Shown here in pieces: positions 9,398-22,664 of a stretch of 64,000 nucleotides of DNA (position 1 is its first letter; every line of letters starts with the position of its first letter). The translations under genes were made by a program, and so were the position numbers. The DNA lies in NCBI GenBank assembly GCA_937129365.1, contig CAKZNB010000005.1, forward strand, positions 1,021-65,020, read 5' to 3'. The notes beneath the pieces are model-generated. The model saw nothing but the letters and a program-made list of their open reading frames with translations. It had not been told where the DNA came from and did no database searches. Source of the DNA: an uncultured Flavobacteriales bacterium (GTDB taxonomy: Bacteria; Bacteroidota; Bacteroidia; Flavobacteriales_D; CAJJDF01).

Positions 9398-10642
9398 TTA
9401 TCTCTTCTTTTTATTCTTCTTTTTTACCTTATTCTCAATATCTTCAATTTCCCCCATCAATTCCTTGATAGAAAGGCTTGTGTCTTCACTAAAATCAATT
9501 GTTTCTGTGTATTCCTTTTGTTTAAGCTCTAATTCTTTAATAGGTTTACCAACAAATTTTTCAATTTCATCCAATAGTGGTTTTTCTTCTTTAGAACAGA
9601 AAGAAACTGCATCCCCCTTTTCTCTTCCTCTTCCCGTTCTTCCAATTCGGTGCACATAGTTTTCAGCAACATCTGGTAAATCATAATTCACTACATAATC
9701 CACATTGGCAATGTCAATTCCCCTTGCAGATACATCCGTAGCAATCATCACATTTACTTTTCCTGTACGGAAAAAATTCATCACCGAACTTCTGTCTTTC
9801 TGGGCTTTATCGCCATGGATGGTCATAGATTCAATCTCTACCCTGTCCATCGCTTTTTTTACCCTTTCTGCTCTTACCTTAGTTCGCACAAATACTAAAA
9901 TTTTACTCTTAGGATTTTCTTTTATCAATCTTTCTAAGAAAAAACGCTTATCATCCATCTTCACAAAAGCCACCGAGTGTTTAATGTTTTTAGATACAGG
10001 ATCTTTAGGTGCAATTTGAATTCTGATTGCATTACTTTTTATTAAATCGTAGGCAGTTTTCTTTATCTTTTGATTAATTGTTGCCGAAAAGAAAAGAGTT
10101 TGCCTCACTTTGGGCATTCTCTCCATTACATCTTCAATGTCTTTCTTAAATCCTAAATCCAGCATGTGATCAGCTTCATCCAGCACCAAAGTCTGTACTT
10201 TATCCAAACTCAAAAATCGCTGATGATGCAAATCAAACATTCTGCCTGGTGTGGTTACCAACACATCAACCCCTTTTAGTAATTTTTCAATTTGTCCTTC
10301 CTGTTCCACTCCGCCATACAATGCCAAAGTTTTTACTCGGGTTCCTTTCCCAATTTTAGAAAAAACCTCGCTTATTTGCTGAGCTAATTCACGCGTAGGA
10401 ACCATTACCAAAGCTCTAATTACTGGTTCTTTGTGGTTTCTTTTTTTCTTTTGAATGTCATTAATAATAGGAATTGCAAAAGCAGCAGTTTTTCCAGTAC
10501 CTGTTTGGGCAATTGCCAACAAATCTTCCCCTTTCATAATTGCAGGAATCGATTTATACTGAATATCGGTAGGTCTTTTAAACCCCATTTTCTCCAGGTT
10601 ATAAATAATCTCGGGTGTAAAACTATATTGACTGAATTTCAT
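9398..10642 (-). CDS. DEAD-box ATP-dependent RNA helicase with a Lys-rich C-terminal tail
   Basis: Q-motif region, AQTGTGKT, DEAD (VLDEADHMLD), SAT, HRIGRTGR. Confidence 0.9.
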   Translation of the reverse strand: MKFSQYSFTPEIIYNLEKMGFKRPTDIQYKSIPAIMKGEDLLAIAQTGTGKTAAFAIPIINDIQKKKRNHKEPVIRALVMVPTRELAQQISEVFSKIGKGTRVKTLALYGGVEQEGQIEKLLKGVDVLVTTPGRMFDLHHQRFLSLDKVQTLVLDEADHMLDLGFKKDIEDVMERMPKVRQTLFFSATINQKIKKTAYDLIKSNAIRIQIAPKDPVSKNIKHSVAFVKMDDKRFFLERLIKENPKSKILVFVRTKVRAERVKKAMDRVEIESMTIHGDKAQKDRSSVMNFFRTGKVNVMIATDVSARGIDIANVDYVVNYDLPDVAENYVHRIGRTGRGREKGDAVSFCSKEEKPLLDEIEKFVGKPIKELELKQKEYTETIDFSEDTSLSIKELMGEIEDIENKVKKKNKKKR

Positions 10643-10725
10643 AGAGCAAAGATACAGTTAAATGATTCAGATTTTTAATTCTGATGGAATTTCCTTAAAT
10701 TTAACTGACTTCAAACTATTTAGTT

Positions 10726-11580
10726 ATGAAATTTATTGTTGCTTTTCTTTTCTTAATACCTTTTTCATTGAGTTCACAAGCTTATGTAGATAGTGTCTAT
10801 GAATTTGAAGTTGGGGATGAGTTTCATTATAAATTAGAGAATACATATAATACATTATTATATTACCGATATACAAGAAATAAGATTATTTCAAAAAACA
10901 TTACATCTTCAAAGATATATTACATAATCCAATCTGACGGATATATAGATTATATAGGAGGTGTGAACACTTTTTTTAATTCTACTTTCGTAGATAGTTT
11001 TCCTGTATTAGACACTATTAAAGATACTATTCCACCATGCTTAGATTCTACTCATCCTTATTTTGACTCTGTTACTTCTCAATTTGGAAATGTCAATTGC
11101 TATTTAATAGATACTATTTATTTCGATTCCTCATATAACTCTTTAGTATATAAAATTAGTTATAATGCTATCGAACATATTTCATTTAAAATATATGCCA
11201 AGGGTATCGGTAAAGTATTTGACAAAGACAGAACTTGGACACCAATAATTGAAACAATTAATGAATTAGTTTATTACAAAGATTCGTCAACAGGTTTTAC
11301 TTGGGGAACACCAGTAATTTTTAATGTTGGTTTAAAAGAATTTAAACAACTTAATTTCACAGTTTACCCAAATCCCACAACAAATTTTATTCAGTTAAAC
11401 GGTCTTGAGAATTCAACAAACAACTTTCAGCTTATTAATTCTATTGGCAAAGCCATCTTAACTGGAAAAATAGAATCCAACCAAATTGATTGTTCTACTC
11501 TGCCTAGCGGGATTTATTTCCTTAAAATAATCAATAAAACTGGAAGTTCTGGGATTAAACGGATTGTAATTTCAAGATAA
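10726..11580 (+). CDS. Secreted protein with a T9SS type A C-terminal sorting domain
   Basis: Signal peptide. The C-terminus reads FTVYPNPTTNFIQL...LPSGIYFLKIINKTGSSGIKRIVI. Confidence 0.7.
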   Translation: MKFIVAFLFLIPFSLSSQAYVDSVYEFEVGDEFHYKLENTYNTLLYYRYTRNKIISKNITSSKIYYIIQSDGYIDYIGGVNTFFNSTFVDSFPVLDTIKDTIPPCLDSTHPYFDSVTSQFGNVNCYLIDTIYFDSSYNSLVYKISYNAIEHISFKIYAKGIGKVFDKDRTWTPIIETINELVYYKDSSTGFTWGTPVIFNVGLKEFKQLNFTVYPNPTTNFIQLNGLENSTNNFQLINSIGKAILTGKIESNQIDCSTLPSGIYFLKIINKTGSSGIKRIVISR

Positions 11581-11585
11581 TTGTT

Positions 11586-13121
11586 TTACCAACTAATCGG
11601 TTTGTAATCTTTTAAAAACTGTCCATTCCAATGTTTTCCTGTGTTGATTCCATCAATTAATGGGTCCAACACTCTGGCAGCTCCATCTACAATGTCAAGC
11701 GGTGGCTGAAAGTCGTGTTCTTCCACTTTCTTTTTGGATAACTGAACTGGATCTTCATCAGTTACCCAACCAGTGTCCACAGCATTCATAAAAACTCCAT
11801 CTTTAGCAAATTCACTTGCTGAAGTATGTGTCATCATATTCAAAGCCGCTTTTGCCATATTGGTATGCGGATGTCGTGATATTTTATGAAAAGTATGGAA
11901 TTTACCTTCCATTGCCGACACATTGATAATGTGTTTGTTACCCGTATTTTCTTTACGCATTAAATTAGACAATCTGTTGCATAAAACGAACGGAGCAACT
12001 GCATTTACTAATTGCACTTCCACCATTTCTAGGGTTTCAATTTCTCCTAGTTTCAATCTCCAACTGTTTGTTTTTCTCAAATCTACTTGTTGTAAATCTG
12101 CATCTAATTTTCCTTCAGGAAATACCTCTTTACTCGCAATTGCATTATCAAAGCTATAAGGAATCTGAGATAGCTTTGCCGAAGCACTTATCCCAATTCC
12201 TGGGCGGTTGCTATGCCAAGACACTGGTAAATTTTTCTTATCAACCGTTTTATCAGAAAAAGAATTCAATTCATCCAAACAGGCCTTGTGGTCTTTCAGT
12301 AATTCTTGAGCTTTAACAGGTAATTCCTCAAAGGGTTTTTCTTCCATTTCCATCATATGAGAATAGAATCCTGCTGGTCTTCTCACTGTTTGAGCTGCAT
12401 TATTAATCAAAATATCTAATCGCTTGAATTTAGATTCAATGAAATTGCAAAAAATCTCCACACTAGGAATGTGCCTTAAATCTAACCCATGAATGTGTAG
12501 TCGATGGCTCCATTCATGATAATCCTCTTCTTTTGCAAAACGCAACGCAGAATCAACAGGGAAACGAGTAGTTGCAACAACTTCAGCTCCCGAACGCAAT
12601 AAAATTAACGTAATGTGATAACCAATTTTTAGTCTAGAACCTGTCACCACAGCCACTTGATCAGTTAAATCAGCTGTTTGGAAACGCTTGGCATAATTAA
12701 AATCCCCACAATCCATGCACATGGTATCATAGAAGTGATGTAAGTCGGTAAATTCATCCTTACAAACATAGCAGTTTCTTGGACTTTCAAGTTTTCCTCT
12801 AGTTTTAAAAGTAGCATCTTCCAACATTTTTGGAGCTATAAAAACTTCTGCTTCTCTTGCACTCCGTATACCAGTGTTTTTTCGAGCATGTTTTTCTCGT
12901 TCTCTTTTCTTTCTTTGAGCAGCTTTCTTGGCATCTTTCACTCTCCTATCCTGCTCTTCTTTTGTGGGTCTGGAGAGTTTTCCCGCAGCCATCATTAGTT
13001 CCTTTCTCTTTTCTTTCGAAAGTTCGAATAATTGGTTTGTATCATCCAGCAATTCATTGAGTGTGTCAATACAGTTGTCAATTTCTTCTTGAGATAGTTC
13101 TTTTTTCTTTTCTTCCTCCAT
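11586..13121 (-). CDS. Atypical SDR-fold oxidoreductase with a Lys/Glu-rich N-terminal extension and a CxxC...CxxC zinc ribbon
   Basis: Rossmann start [13 protein letters not shown] and NNAA motif. The usual YxxxK position reads TNMAK. The N-terminal 100 aa are highly charged, followed by [22 protein letters not shown]. Confidence 0.7.
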   Translation of the reverse strand: MEEEKKKELSQEEIDNCIDTLNELLDDTNQLFELSKEKRKELMMAAGKLSRPTKEEQDRRVKDAKKAAQRKKREREKHARKNTGIRSAREAEVFIAPKMLEDATFKTRGKLESPRNCYVCKDEFTDLHHFYDTMCMDCGDFNYAKRFQTADLTDQVAVVTGSRLKIGYHITLILLRSGAEVVATTRFPVDSALRFAKEEDYHEWSHRLHIHGLDLRHIPSVEIFCNFIESKFKRLDILINNAAQTVRRPAGFYSHMMEMEEKPFEELPVKAQELLKDHKACLDELNSFSDKTVDKKNLPVSWHSNRPGIGISASAKLSQIPYSFDNAIASKEVFPEGKLDADLQQVDLRKTNSWRLKLGEIETLEMVEVQLVNAVAPFVLCNRLSNLMRKENTGNKHIINVSAMEGKFHTFHKISRHPHTNMAKAALNMMTHTSASEFAKDGVFMNAVDTGWVTDEDPVQLSKKKVEEHDFQPPLDIVDGAARVLDPLIDGINTGKHWNGQFLKDYKPISW

Positions 13122-13123
13122 TT

Positions 13124-13771
13124 CTACTTTGCTACTTCTTGTTGAACATTTTGATATACTTCTTCTAAATCAGCTACTTCTCTATATCCATTAGAAATCA
13201 TATAAAACTTACCGTTGATTTTTAATACAACTGAAGGAAACCCTTTTACTCCCATTTCTGAAGATAATTGAAAATCAGTTTTGGTAGTATATTTAGCTTC
13301 TTCACTATTAAATAACTCCGAGAATTTTTCTTTGTCTAACTCTAATTTTTCAGCAATTTCTTCAAAAGTAGAAAGCCTGTTAATGTCCTTTGTTTGAGTG
13401 TAAAAAGCATGTTGAACAGCTTTAAAAAATTCTAATTCCTTTTCTGGTTTCATTATTCTACAAACCACTACCGCTCGTGAAGCTGGCTCTGTATCAAGCA
13501 CAAAATTTTCTTTTTCAAACATCTGTTTGTCAAAGGACTGTCCAGTTCTTTTTTCAATTTCTGTATAGTGTGATTGAAGGAAATCTTTCATATCATGCAA
13601 CATTTCCGTACCAAAAGGTCTTAATCCACCTTGCACCATTCGCAGTTTAAGTTCAGGATGGTTGGCAATAAACTTATCCAATTCGGGTGCAAATCCGTAA
13701 CACCAAGAACATAAAGTGTCGCCAATATAAATTAGCGAATTTTCTTCGCTTTGTATCCAATCTAAATTCAT
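13124..13771 (-). CDS. DsbA-family thioredoxin-fold protein
   Basis: A CSWC active-site motif near the N-terminus, a helical insertion, and a C-terminal GFPS (cis-Pro) region. It ends 3 nt upstream of the SDR gene. Confidence 0.75.
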   Translation of the reverse strand: MNLDWIQSEENSLIYIGDTLCSWCYGFAPELDKFIANHPELKLRMVQGGLRPFGTEMLHDMKDFLQSHYTEIEKRTGQSFDKQMFEKENFVLDTEPASRAVVVCRIMKPEKELEFFKAVQHAFYTQTKDINRLSTFEEIAEKLELDKEKFSELFNSEEAKYTTKTDFQLSSEMGVKGFPSVVLKINGKFYMISNGYREVADLEEVYQNVQQEVAK

Positions 13772-13839
13772 GGAGCAAAGGTAATTCTTTTAAGTTTTAA
13801 TTGAAATAGATTTTTATATCTTTGCCAATAACAAATTTT

Positions 13840-13922
13840 GCCCAGGTGCTGAAATTGGTAGACGGGCACGCTTGAGGGGCGTGTGTATTATGTACGTGCG
13901 GGTTCGACTCCCGCTCTGGGCA
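13840..13922 (+). tRNA. tRNA-Leu (anticodon GAG), type II with a long variable arm
   Basis: Acceptor gcccagg/tctgggc. Anticodon stem cacgc/gcgtg with loop ttGAGgg. T-arm gcggg-ttcgact-cccgc. Confidence 0.9.
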
Positions 13923-13973
13923 CAATTTCTAAAAAATTTATTTTCATTCTTATTAAAAATCTTATATTTAAGA

Positions 13974-14984
13974 ATGAAAAAAAATATTTTATTATTTTGT
14001 TCAGTTGCTTTCTTAGCATCTTGCAAACCAGAACCACCAAAAGATTATGTTACCCTTTCAGGAAAAATAACAAACCCTAACGATGATTTAATCTTAGAGA
14101 TAAGAAAAGGGAAAGACTATTTAAAAACAATTACTCTGAAAGAGGATGGTAGCTTTTCTGATACGCTAAAATTAGTTGAAGAAGGAAAATATTTTTTGAT
14201 TCACAATAAAGAAAATGCATCTCTATATCTAGCAAATGGAGATATAACATCTTTTACATTAAACACTAAAGAATTTGATGAAACATTGAAGTTTGAAGGT
14301 GGCAATGCAGACAAAAGTAATTTTCTAATTGAGAATTATCTGTTAAATGAGACTTTACTAGGAGAATCAGCAAGTGAAAATGTAATAGCTTTTACCAAGC
14401 AATTTGACTTATACAAAGAACAGTATAATGAGCTAAAAGCAAAATATAAATTGGATACTTCTTTCACTAACCCAGAAGATCAAAACATAGACGATACAGA
14501 AGGATATTATTTAGAATATTTTAAAAAGAAAGCTAATTTAATAAAAGAGTTTGCTGGAAAGCCTTCCGCTAATTTTAATAATTATGAAAATTACAGAGGT
14601 GGAACTACTTCTTTATCAGACTTAAAAGGGAAATATGTGTATGTGGATATTTGGGCAACTTGGTGCGGACCTTGTAAAGCTGAAATTCCTGCTTTAAAGA
14701 AAGTTGAAAAAGCTTACGAAGGGAAAAATATTGAGTTTGTGAGTATTTCAGTAGATGATTTAAAAGACAAAGAAGCTTGGAAAGCAATGGTAGCTGATAA
14801 AGAATTAGGTGGAATTCAGTTATTTGCGGATAATAGCTGGGAATCAGATTTCACAAAAACATTTAAGGTGAATAGTATTCCTCGTTTTCTTCTTATTGAC
14901 CCTAACGGGAATGTAGTATCTCCAGATGCCCCTAGACCATCTAGCGCTAAACTATTAGAGATGTTAGATGCACAGAATATATAA
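13974..14984 (+). CDS. TlpA-like thiol:disulfide oxidoreductase lipoprotein
   Basis: The start was moved to the ATG at 13974 (MKKNILLFCSVAFLASC lipobox) because the longer ORF overlaps tRNA-Leu. The thioredoxin motif WATWCGPC is present. Confidence 0.85.
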   Translation: MKKNILLFCSVAFLASCKPEPPKDYVTLSGKITNPNDDLILEIRKGKDYLKTITLKEDGSFSDTLKLVEEGKYFLIHNKENASLYLANGDITSFTLNTKEFDETLKFEGGNADKSNFLIENYLLNETLLGESASENVIAFTKQFDLYKEQYNELKAKYKLDTSFTNPEDQNIDDTEGYYLEYFKKKANLIKEFAGKPSANFNNYENYRGGTTSLSDLKGKYVYVDIWATWCGPCKAEIPALKKVEKAYEGKNIEFVSISVDDLKDKEAWKAMVADKELGGIQLFADNSWESDFTKTFKVNSIPRFLLIDPNGNVVSPDAPRPSSAKLLEMLDAQNI

Positions 14985-15007
14985 TATTAAAAATTTATAT
15001 AACCAAA

Positions 15008-15042
15008 AAACCCTCTCAAACATAAAGTTTAAGAGGGTTTTT
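15008..15042. terminator. Bidirectional hairpin terminator between the trx-like gene and tRNA-Lys
   Basis: Stem ccctctcaaac/gtttaagaggg (one mismatch), flanked by an A-run upstream and a T-run downstream. Confidence 0.7.
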
Positions 15043-15049
15043 CTCTAAG

Positions 15050-15122
15050 TGATTCAGCAGGGATTCGAACCCTGGACCCACGCCTTAAAAGGGCGTTGCT
15101 CTACCAACTGAGCTACTGAATC
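15050..15122 (-). tRNA. tRNA-Lys (anticodon UUU)
   Basis: The reverse complement gives gattcag...gctcagttggtagagc...cctTTTaagg...ggttcgaatcc...ctgaatc plus discriminator A. Confidence 0.9.
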
Positions 15123-15193
15123 GCTAACGGAGTGCAAATATATAAACCTCTATTTTTATTCCAAAACAATTCACGTTTTTTTTCATTTTTTTT

Positions 15194-16063
15194 TCAATTC
15201 ATTTTTCTCAACTTAGATTCCAAGGTTTTATTTACTGGAACTAAAGGCAATCTGACTTCGTTCTCCATAACTCCTTGCTCGTTCAAAAGTACTTTTACTC
15301 CTCCAGGGTTCCCATCAGAAAATATTCCATCAATCAAATCCAATAACTTGTAATGCGATTTTCTTGAAGAATCGTAATCTCCAATCATTGCTTTGGAAAC
15401 TAAATTATTAGTTTCCTCAGGATGAGAATTAGCAATTACAGAAATCAGTCCTTCGGCACCGCAAGCAATCATTGGTAAAGTAAGAGCATCATCACCAGAA
15501 ATAAGTAAAAATCCATCAGGGCGGTTATTAATAATATCCATTACTTGAATTAAATCTCCTGAGGCTTCCTTTATTGCTACAATATTATCAAAATCATTAG
15601 CTAATCTTACCGTTGTTTCAGCAGTCATGTTACTTGCTGTTCTGCCAGGAACATTGTACAAAATAATATCGTGAGCCATATTCTCAGCTAAATACTTATA
15701 ATGCTGGTAAATGCCTTCTTGACTTGGTTTGTTATAATAAGGACTTGCAGAGAGAATAGCATCTACGCCTTCTAAATTAAATCCATTGTAATCATCCAGC
15801 ATTTTAATTGTGTCATTCCCTCCTATCCCAAAAACAATGGATAATCTTCCATTATTTATTTTAAGTACAAAATCGAGTACTTGCTGTTTTTCTTTGGCAG
15901 AGAGTGTTGCTGATTCTCCAGTAGTTCCCATCACTACTAAATAGTCTAACCCTCCATCAATCAATTTATTGGTTAATTTTTCCAACGCAGGAAAATCTAT
16001 TTCTTTATTTGATTTGAATGGTGTAACCATTGCTACTCCTAATCCTGTTAATTTGCTCATCAC
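15194..16063 (-). CDS. dapA: 4-hydroxy-tetrahydrodipicolinate synthase
   Basis: MVTPF, GTTGES, YNVPGRT, and the active-site Lys context IVAIKEASGD. Confidence 0.9.
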   Translation of the reverse strand: MMSKLTGLGVAMVTPFKSNKEIDFPALEKLTNKLIDGGLDYLVVMGTTGESATLSAKEKQQVLDFVLKINNGRLSIVFGIGGNDTIKMLDDYNGFNLEGVDAILSASPYYNKPSQEGIYQHYKYLAENMAHDIILYNVPGRTASNMTAETTVRLANDFDNIVAIKEASGDLIQVMDIINNRPDGFLLISGDDALTLPMIACGAEGLISVIANSHPEETNNLVSKAMIGDYDSSRKSHYKLLDLIDGIFSDGNPGGVKVLLNEQGVMENEVRLPLVPVNKTLESKLRKMN

Positions 16064-16617
16064 TTTGGATTTACTTGTTTTAAAAATGTATTTACTTGGT
16101 CTATAAATTGACTTACAGGAGCAGTTTTGTCTATCTCCACCATAAAATCAAAATATGATTCGTTTTCATCTGATAACCTTCCTATCTTTAACCCAGCACT
16201 AGAACTTGCTACTAAGTGCTTGATTGGCGTACAATATTCTCTAGATAAATCTACCAATATATCAAAGTTTTCTTTTTCAAAATCTGATGCTTCACGGTTT
16301 TTCCCAAATTGGTAAAAATCTAAATCTTTCTTAGTAAAGTACTGATACTTCATAGAATGGTTAATAATGAAATTGGGTAATTGAGGCCCATCAAAATAAC
16401 CTAATGCGATAATTTTTTTGAACCCTACTTCTCCTCTCAAATAATCAATGTATTTATGTACAAAATCTTGATAATCAGTAGTAGTAATGGGATAAATTAC
16501 ACCAATAGATTTTGCAGTTGCAAAGCTATTTACCCGCACTTTTCTCTTCTGAGTTTTCAAAATCTTCTCGATTTTTCTCTTACCCAGTTTTGCTTTTATG
16601 TTGTCTAAAAATTTCAT
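16060..16617 (-). CDS. Conserved hypothetical protein, translationally coupled to dapA
   Basis: Intact 185-aa ORF with a 4-nt overlap on the dapA start. I recognise no motif. Confidence 0.5.
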   Translation of the reverse strand: MKFLDNIKAKLGKRKIEKILKTQKRKVRVNSFATAKSIGVIYPITTTDYQDFVHKYIDYLRGEVGFKKIIALGYFDGPQLPNFIINHSMKYQYFTKKDLDFYQFGKNREASDFEKENFDILVDLSREYCTPIKHLVASSSAGLKIGRLSDENESYFDFMVEIDKTAPVSQFIDQVNTFLKQVNPK

Positions 16618-16658
16618 TGATGGTTAAAATTACCAAAGTAATTTTTCTTTAGTCTATT

Positions 16659-19329
<2,671 letters not shown>

Positions 19330-19340
19330 TTACCTCTAAA

Positions 19341-19985
19341 TTAATCAATCCAAGGAGATTTCCTATATTCTTTGTTAAAAGTTAATTTCCAAGCTTCAGC
19401 AAGAAAAATTTTTATTCCAAATGAATAGAATGGAGCGTTCAGTGCTTTACGAGTGGGTTTATCTCTGTTTAACATTACGTTATATCCAAAACCACCATGT
19501 AAACCAATCCATCTGAATACTTTGAAATGACTTTTTACTGAAAGTGTAATAGAAGAAGCAGGTTCGTCTAAATACTTTTTGAATTTTCTTCCTGTGCTTA
19601 AATATTCTCCTTTTAGGGAGCCTAAATTTAGGTGAACGGGAGCTGAAAACTCCCATCTTTTTGATCGATATAAAATTCTTTCGTAAAAGAAACTTAGAAA
19701 ACCAAAATTATATCGATTAGTATCAGTTGCATCAACAGAATCAACCCTTCTATCGTAAGTTACAACTGGCTCACGAAGTCCATAAATCCCAATACCAAAT
19801 CGGTGTTTGGAATTTCCAATCCCTATTTTTACTCCATTAAATTTTACTTTATGTCCAATTACTACTGAATTACGCATATCAAATGTCCCCACAAACTTAT
19901 ACTTGTCTCTTTTAGCTGTATCTGATTGACAAAAGGACAATACACTTAGGAGTAAACCGAATACTATGAGAAATAATTGTTTCAT
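19341..19985 (-). CDS. Secreted hypothetical protein, putative small beta-barrel (paralog B)
   Basis: Signal peptide, and the same conserved blocks as 18655..19329. Confidence 0.6.
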   Translation of the reverse strand: MKQLFLIVFGLLLSVLSFCQSDTAKRDKYKFVGTFDMRNSVVIGHKVKFNGVKIGIGNSKHRFGIGIYGLREPVVTYDRRVDSVDATDTNRYNFGFLSFFYERILYRSKRWEFSAPVHLNLGSLKGEYLSTGRKFKKYLDEPASSITLSVKSHFKVFRWIGLHGGFGYNVMLNRDKPTRKALNAPFYSFGIKIFLAEAWKLTFNKEYRKSPWID

Positions 19986-19986
19986 A

Positions 19987-20862
19987 TTAATTTTTTATCC
20001 CTTTTATAATTCGTTCTTTCCCTTGCATATCTTTAATTATCTGAATTTCATCAAAATTATTTTCAGATAACAATAAAGAAGTTTCTTGTCCATATTTTTC
20101 ATTTATCTCAAAATACAACTTTCCTTTTTTTATCAAGTTCTTTTTACAAAAATTCATAATACTTTTGTAAAATAATAAAGGATCAGAATCTTTCACAAAT
20201 AAGGCTATATGCGGTTCGTACTCCAACACATTGGGGTGCATCAATTTCTTCTCACTTTCTAACACATAAGGTGGATTACTCACTATTATATCAAAAAATT
20301 CACCTGAATAAGTTGGTTTTAAAATGTCTTGCAATTGAAATTCAACTTTCGCATCTATTTCATTATTATTAAGTTGAGCGGTTTCAATGGCTTTTTCAGA
20401 AACATCAAAGGCAGTTACTTTTGACTTTATAAGAGCTTTATCGAGTGAAATTGCAATAGCTCCCGAACCTGTTCCAATATCCAACATATTTCCTTCAAAA
20501 TTAGGATTCTCTTTTATTATCAAATCTACTAATTCTTCGGTTTCTGGTCTGGGAATTAGGGTGTGTTCATTTACCTTAAACTCATGATTATAAAAGAATT
20601 GCATTCCTGTAATGAACTGAATAGGTTTATTCTTTTTTAACTCTTTTAAAGCATAATGAAATTTGAGGAGCTCAGACTCACTTAAGTTTTTTTCGCTTTT
20701 AACTATTAAATCAGTTTTTGACAAACCAAGAAAATATTCGCACAAAATTTCATAAAAAGAGTGTATCTCTTCCTTTGGATAGAATCCATCTAAAGAGCTA
20801 AAAAAGTAATCTTTAATAGCGGAAAGGGTATTTTCTTTTACAAACATTATATTAAAAATCAA
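19987..20862 (-). CDS. prmC: Release-factor glutamine N5-methyltransferase
   Basis: SAM motif LDIGTGSGAI and catalytic NPPY (VSNPPYV). Confidence 0.85.
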   Translation of the reverse strand: MIFNIMFVKENTLSAIKDYFFSSLDGFYPKEEIHSFYEILCEYFLGLSKTDLIVKSEKNLSESELLKFHYALKELKKNKPIQFITGMQFFYNHEFKVNEHTLIPRPETEELVDLIIKENPNFEGNMLDIGTGSGAIAISLDKALIKSKVTAFDVSEKAIETAQLNNNEIDAKVEFQLQDILKPTYSGEFFDIIVSNPPYVLESEKKLMHPNVLEYEPHIALFVKDSDPLLFYKSIMNFCKKNLIKKGKLYFEINEKYGQETSLLLSENNFDEIQIIKDMQGKERIIKGIKN

Positions 20863-21245
20863 TTTAACTCTTTAACAACTAATCTATAAGATAATTTATT
20901 CCATTTTTTAGTTAATTCTCTTAGGAAAACTAAATTTCCGAACTCATCCATGTTATTATCTCTATTTGAAATTTTGAGCCATTTTTTATAAAATAAGTCA
21001 AACTGTTCTTCATTATATTCTGGAAATTTATAATCAGATAAATCCCAATATTTACTAAAGTAAGTTCCTTCAATATTTACAGTATTTAATTTTCTAATTT
21101 CAATAAGATTTAAAAGTAAATTTAACTCTGATTCATTTTTCAAAAATACAGTTTGAAAATCTGGAAATGAATTGACAAATTTTTCAATATCCTCAAAAAC
21201 GGTATTGTCAAAACTATCGCAAGCTATAAAATTATAGTTTTCCAT
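20859..21245 (-). CDS. Hypothetical protein
   Basis: 128-aa ORF with a 4-nt overlap on the prmC start. I recognise no motif. Confidence 0.45.
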   Translation of the reverse strand: MENYNFIACDSFDNTVFEDIEKFVNSFPDFQTVFLKNESELNLLLNLIEIRKLNTVNIEGTYFSKYWDLSDYKFPEYNEEQFDLFYKKWLKISNRDNNMDEFGNLVFLRELTKKWNKLSYRLVVKELN

Positions 21246-21256
21246 TAATTATTAGA

Positions 21257-22066
21257 TTATACTGCTACTTCATTTTCTCTCAAAGCATCATTCAAGGATG
21301 TTTTAAGATCAGTACTCGCTTTTCTCTCGCCAATGATTAACGCACAAGGAACATTGTATTCTCCCGCTCCAAATTTCTTTGGGTAAGAACCAGGAATCAC
21401 CACTTTTCTTGGCGGAACAATTCCTCTGTATTCAATTGGTTCGCTTCCTGTTACGTCAATAATTTTGGTAGATTTTGTAAGTGTAACTCCTGCTCCAAGT
21501 ACTGCCTCTTTTCCAACTCTCACTCCTTCTACCACAATACATCTAGAACCAATAAAAGCTCCATCTTCGATAATTACTGGAGCTGCTTGCAAAGGTTCCA
21601 ATACTCCACCAATACCTACTCCTCCACTTAAGTGTACGTTTTTACCAATTTGTGCACAAGAACCCACTGTAGCCCAAGTATCAACCATAGTTCCCTCATC
21701 TACATAAGCACCAATATTTACATAACTCGGCATCATAATTACTCCTTTCGACAAATACGCTCCATATCGTGCAACTGCATGAGGCACAACTCTTACGCCT
21801 AATTCTGCATAGTTCTTTTTAAGTGCCATTTTATCATGGAATTCCAAAGGTCCCATTTCAATAGTTTCCATTTTTCTTATTGGGAAATACATCACCACTG
21901 CTTTTTTAACCCATTCATTTACTTGCCAATCTCCATTTTCAAGTGGTTCTGCCACTCTCAATCTTCCTTTGTCAATTTCTTCTATTACTGCTTCTATTGC
22001 GTTTCTTGTTGCTTCTTCTTTTAATAATTCTCGGTTATCCCAAGCTTTTTCTATAATTTCTCTCAT
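21257..22066 (-). CDS. dapD: Tetrahydrodipicolinate N-succinyltransferase
   Basis: Left-handed beta-helix hexapeptide repeats (IGAYVDEGTMVD...IGKNVHLSGGVGIGGV) and a DapD-type N-terminal domain. Confidence 0.85.
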   Translation of the reverse strand: MREIIEKAWDNRELLKEEATRNAIEAVIEEIDKGRLRVAEPLENGDWQVNEWVKKAVVMYFPIRKMETIEMGPLEFHDKMALKKNYAELGVRVVPHAVARYGAYLSKGVIMMPSYVNIGAYVDEGTMVDTWATVGSCAQIGKNVHLSGGVGIGGVLEPLQAAPVIIEDGAFIGSRCIVVEGVRVGKEAVLGAGVTLTKSTKIIDVTGSEPIEYRGIVPPRKVVIPGSYPKKFGAGEYNVPCALIIGERKASTDLKTSLNDALRENEVAV

Positions 22067-22067
22067 T

Positions 22068-22664
22068 CTATTTTCTATATTTATCGTTTAATCCAACACC
22101 TTTTTCAATCATTGGAATTATTTTTTCTATTCTGCTTAATTTTGTTTTTTCTTGCTTTGCTCCTGAAATGTATTCGCTAAATTCATTTTGTTTCGATTGA
22201 GAAAATTTTTCAAACAAGTGAAAAACATTTCTCTTTTTTAACTCATTCATCAATATTTCAGGGGTTTCAATCACTTTTCCCCTTTCAATCTTAATTTCCA
22301 TTCCAGCTTTCTGGTTTTCAATAGCTTCAGCAATATAATCTCTCAAAATTTCTTCCGAAACTTCATTTACCTTAGTTAATCTTATACTCCTCATCCCCTT
22401 TGTTTTCTCTTCATTGGCATTGATAAGCAAATTATGTCTATCACTCAAAAACACTCCTTGATGAAACCAAATATTTACTCCCTCTTTCAATCTTATTAAA
22501 CCAATAACATTCTTATTATTAATACAATAAGTTGGAATATACCATTTAATGGTTTCTTCTAATTCTGTAGAAATAAAAATATCTCGTAACCAATTTAGTT
22601 CGTCTTGAAAGGAATCTTCCAACATAATATATTCTTCAACTGAGTTTACTTTTGGGATTATCAT
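22068..22664 (-). CDS. DUF1801 / YdeI-type protein
   Basis: The C-terminal pattern F..FS.S.QNEFSEYISGAKQEKTK..RIEKIIPMIE is typical of the YdeI/OmpD-associated family. Confidence 0.6.
   Translation of the reverse strand: MIIPKVNSVEEYIMLEDSFQDELNWLRDIFISTELEETIKWYIPTYCINNKNVIGLIRLKEGVNIWFHQGVFLSDRHNLLINANEEKTKGMRSIRLTKVNEVSEEILRDYIAEAIENQKAGMEIKIERGKVIETPEILMNELKKRNVFHLFEKFSQSKQNEFSEYISGAKQEKTKLSRIEKIIPMIEKGVGLNDKYRK

Noticed and set aside
13872-13973. A 34-codon N-terminal extension of the thioredoxin-like ORF, as listed in the ORF track (start 13872).
   Set aside because: It overlaps the 3' half of tRNA-Leu. The internal ATG at 13974 gives a clean lipoprotein signal peptide.
13814-14080. 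Short ORFs 13814..14026 (-) and 13883..14080 (+).
   Set aside because: They overlap tRNA-Leu and the real trx-like gene start. They are low-complexity products of AT-rich sequence.
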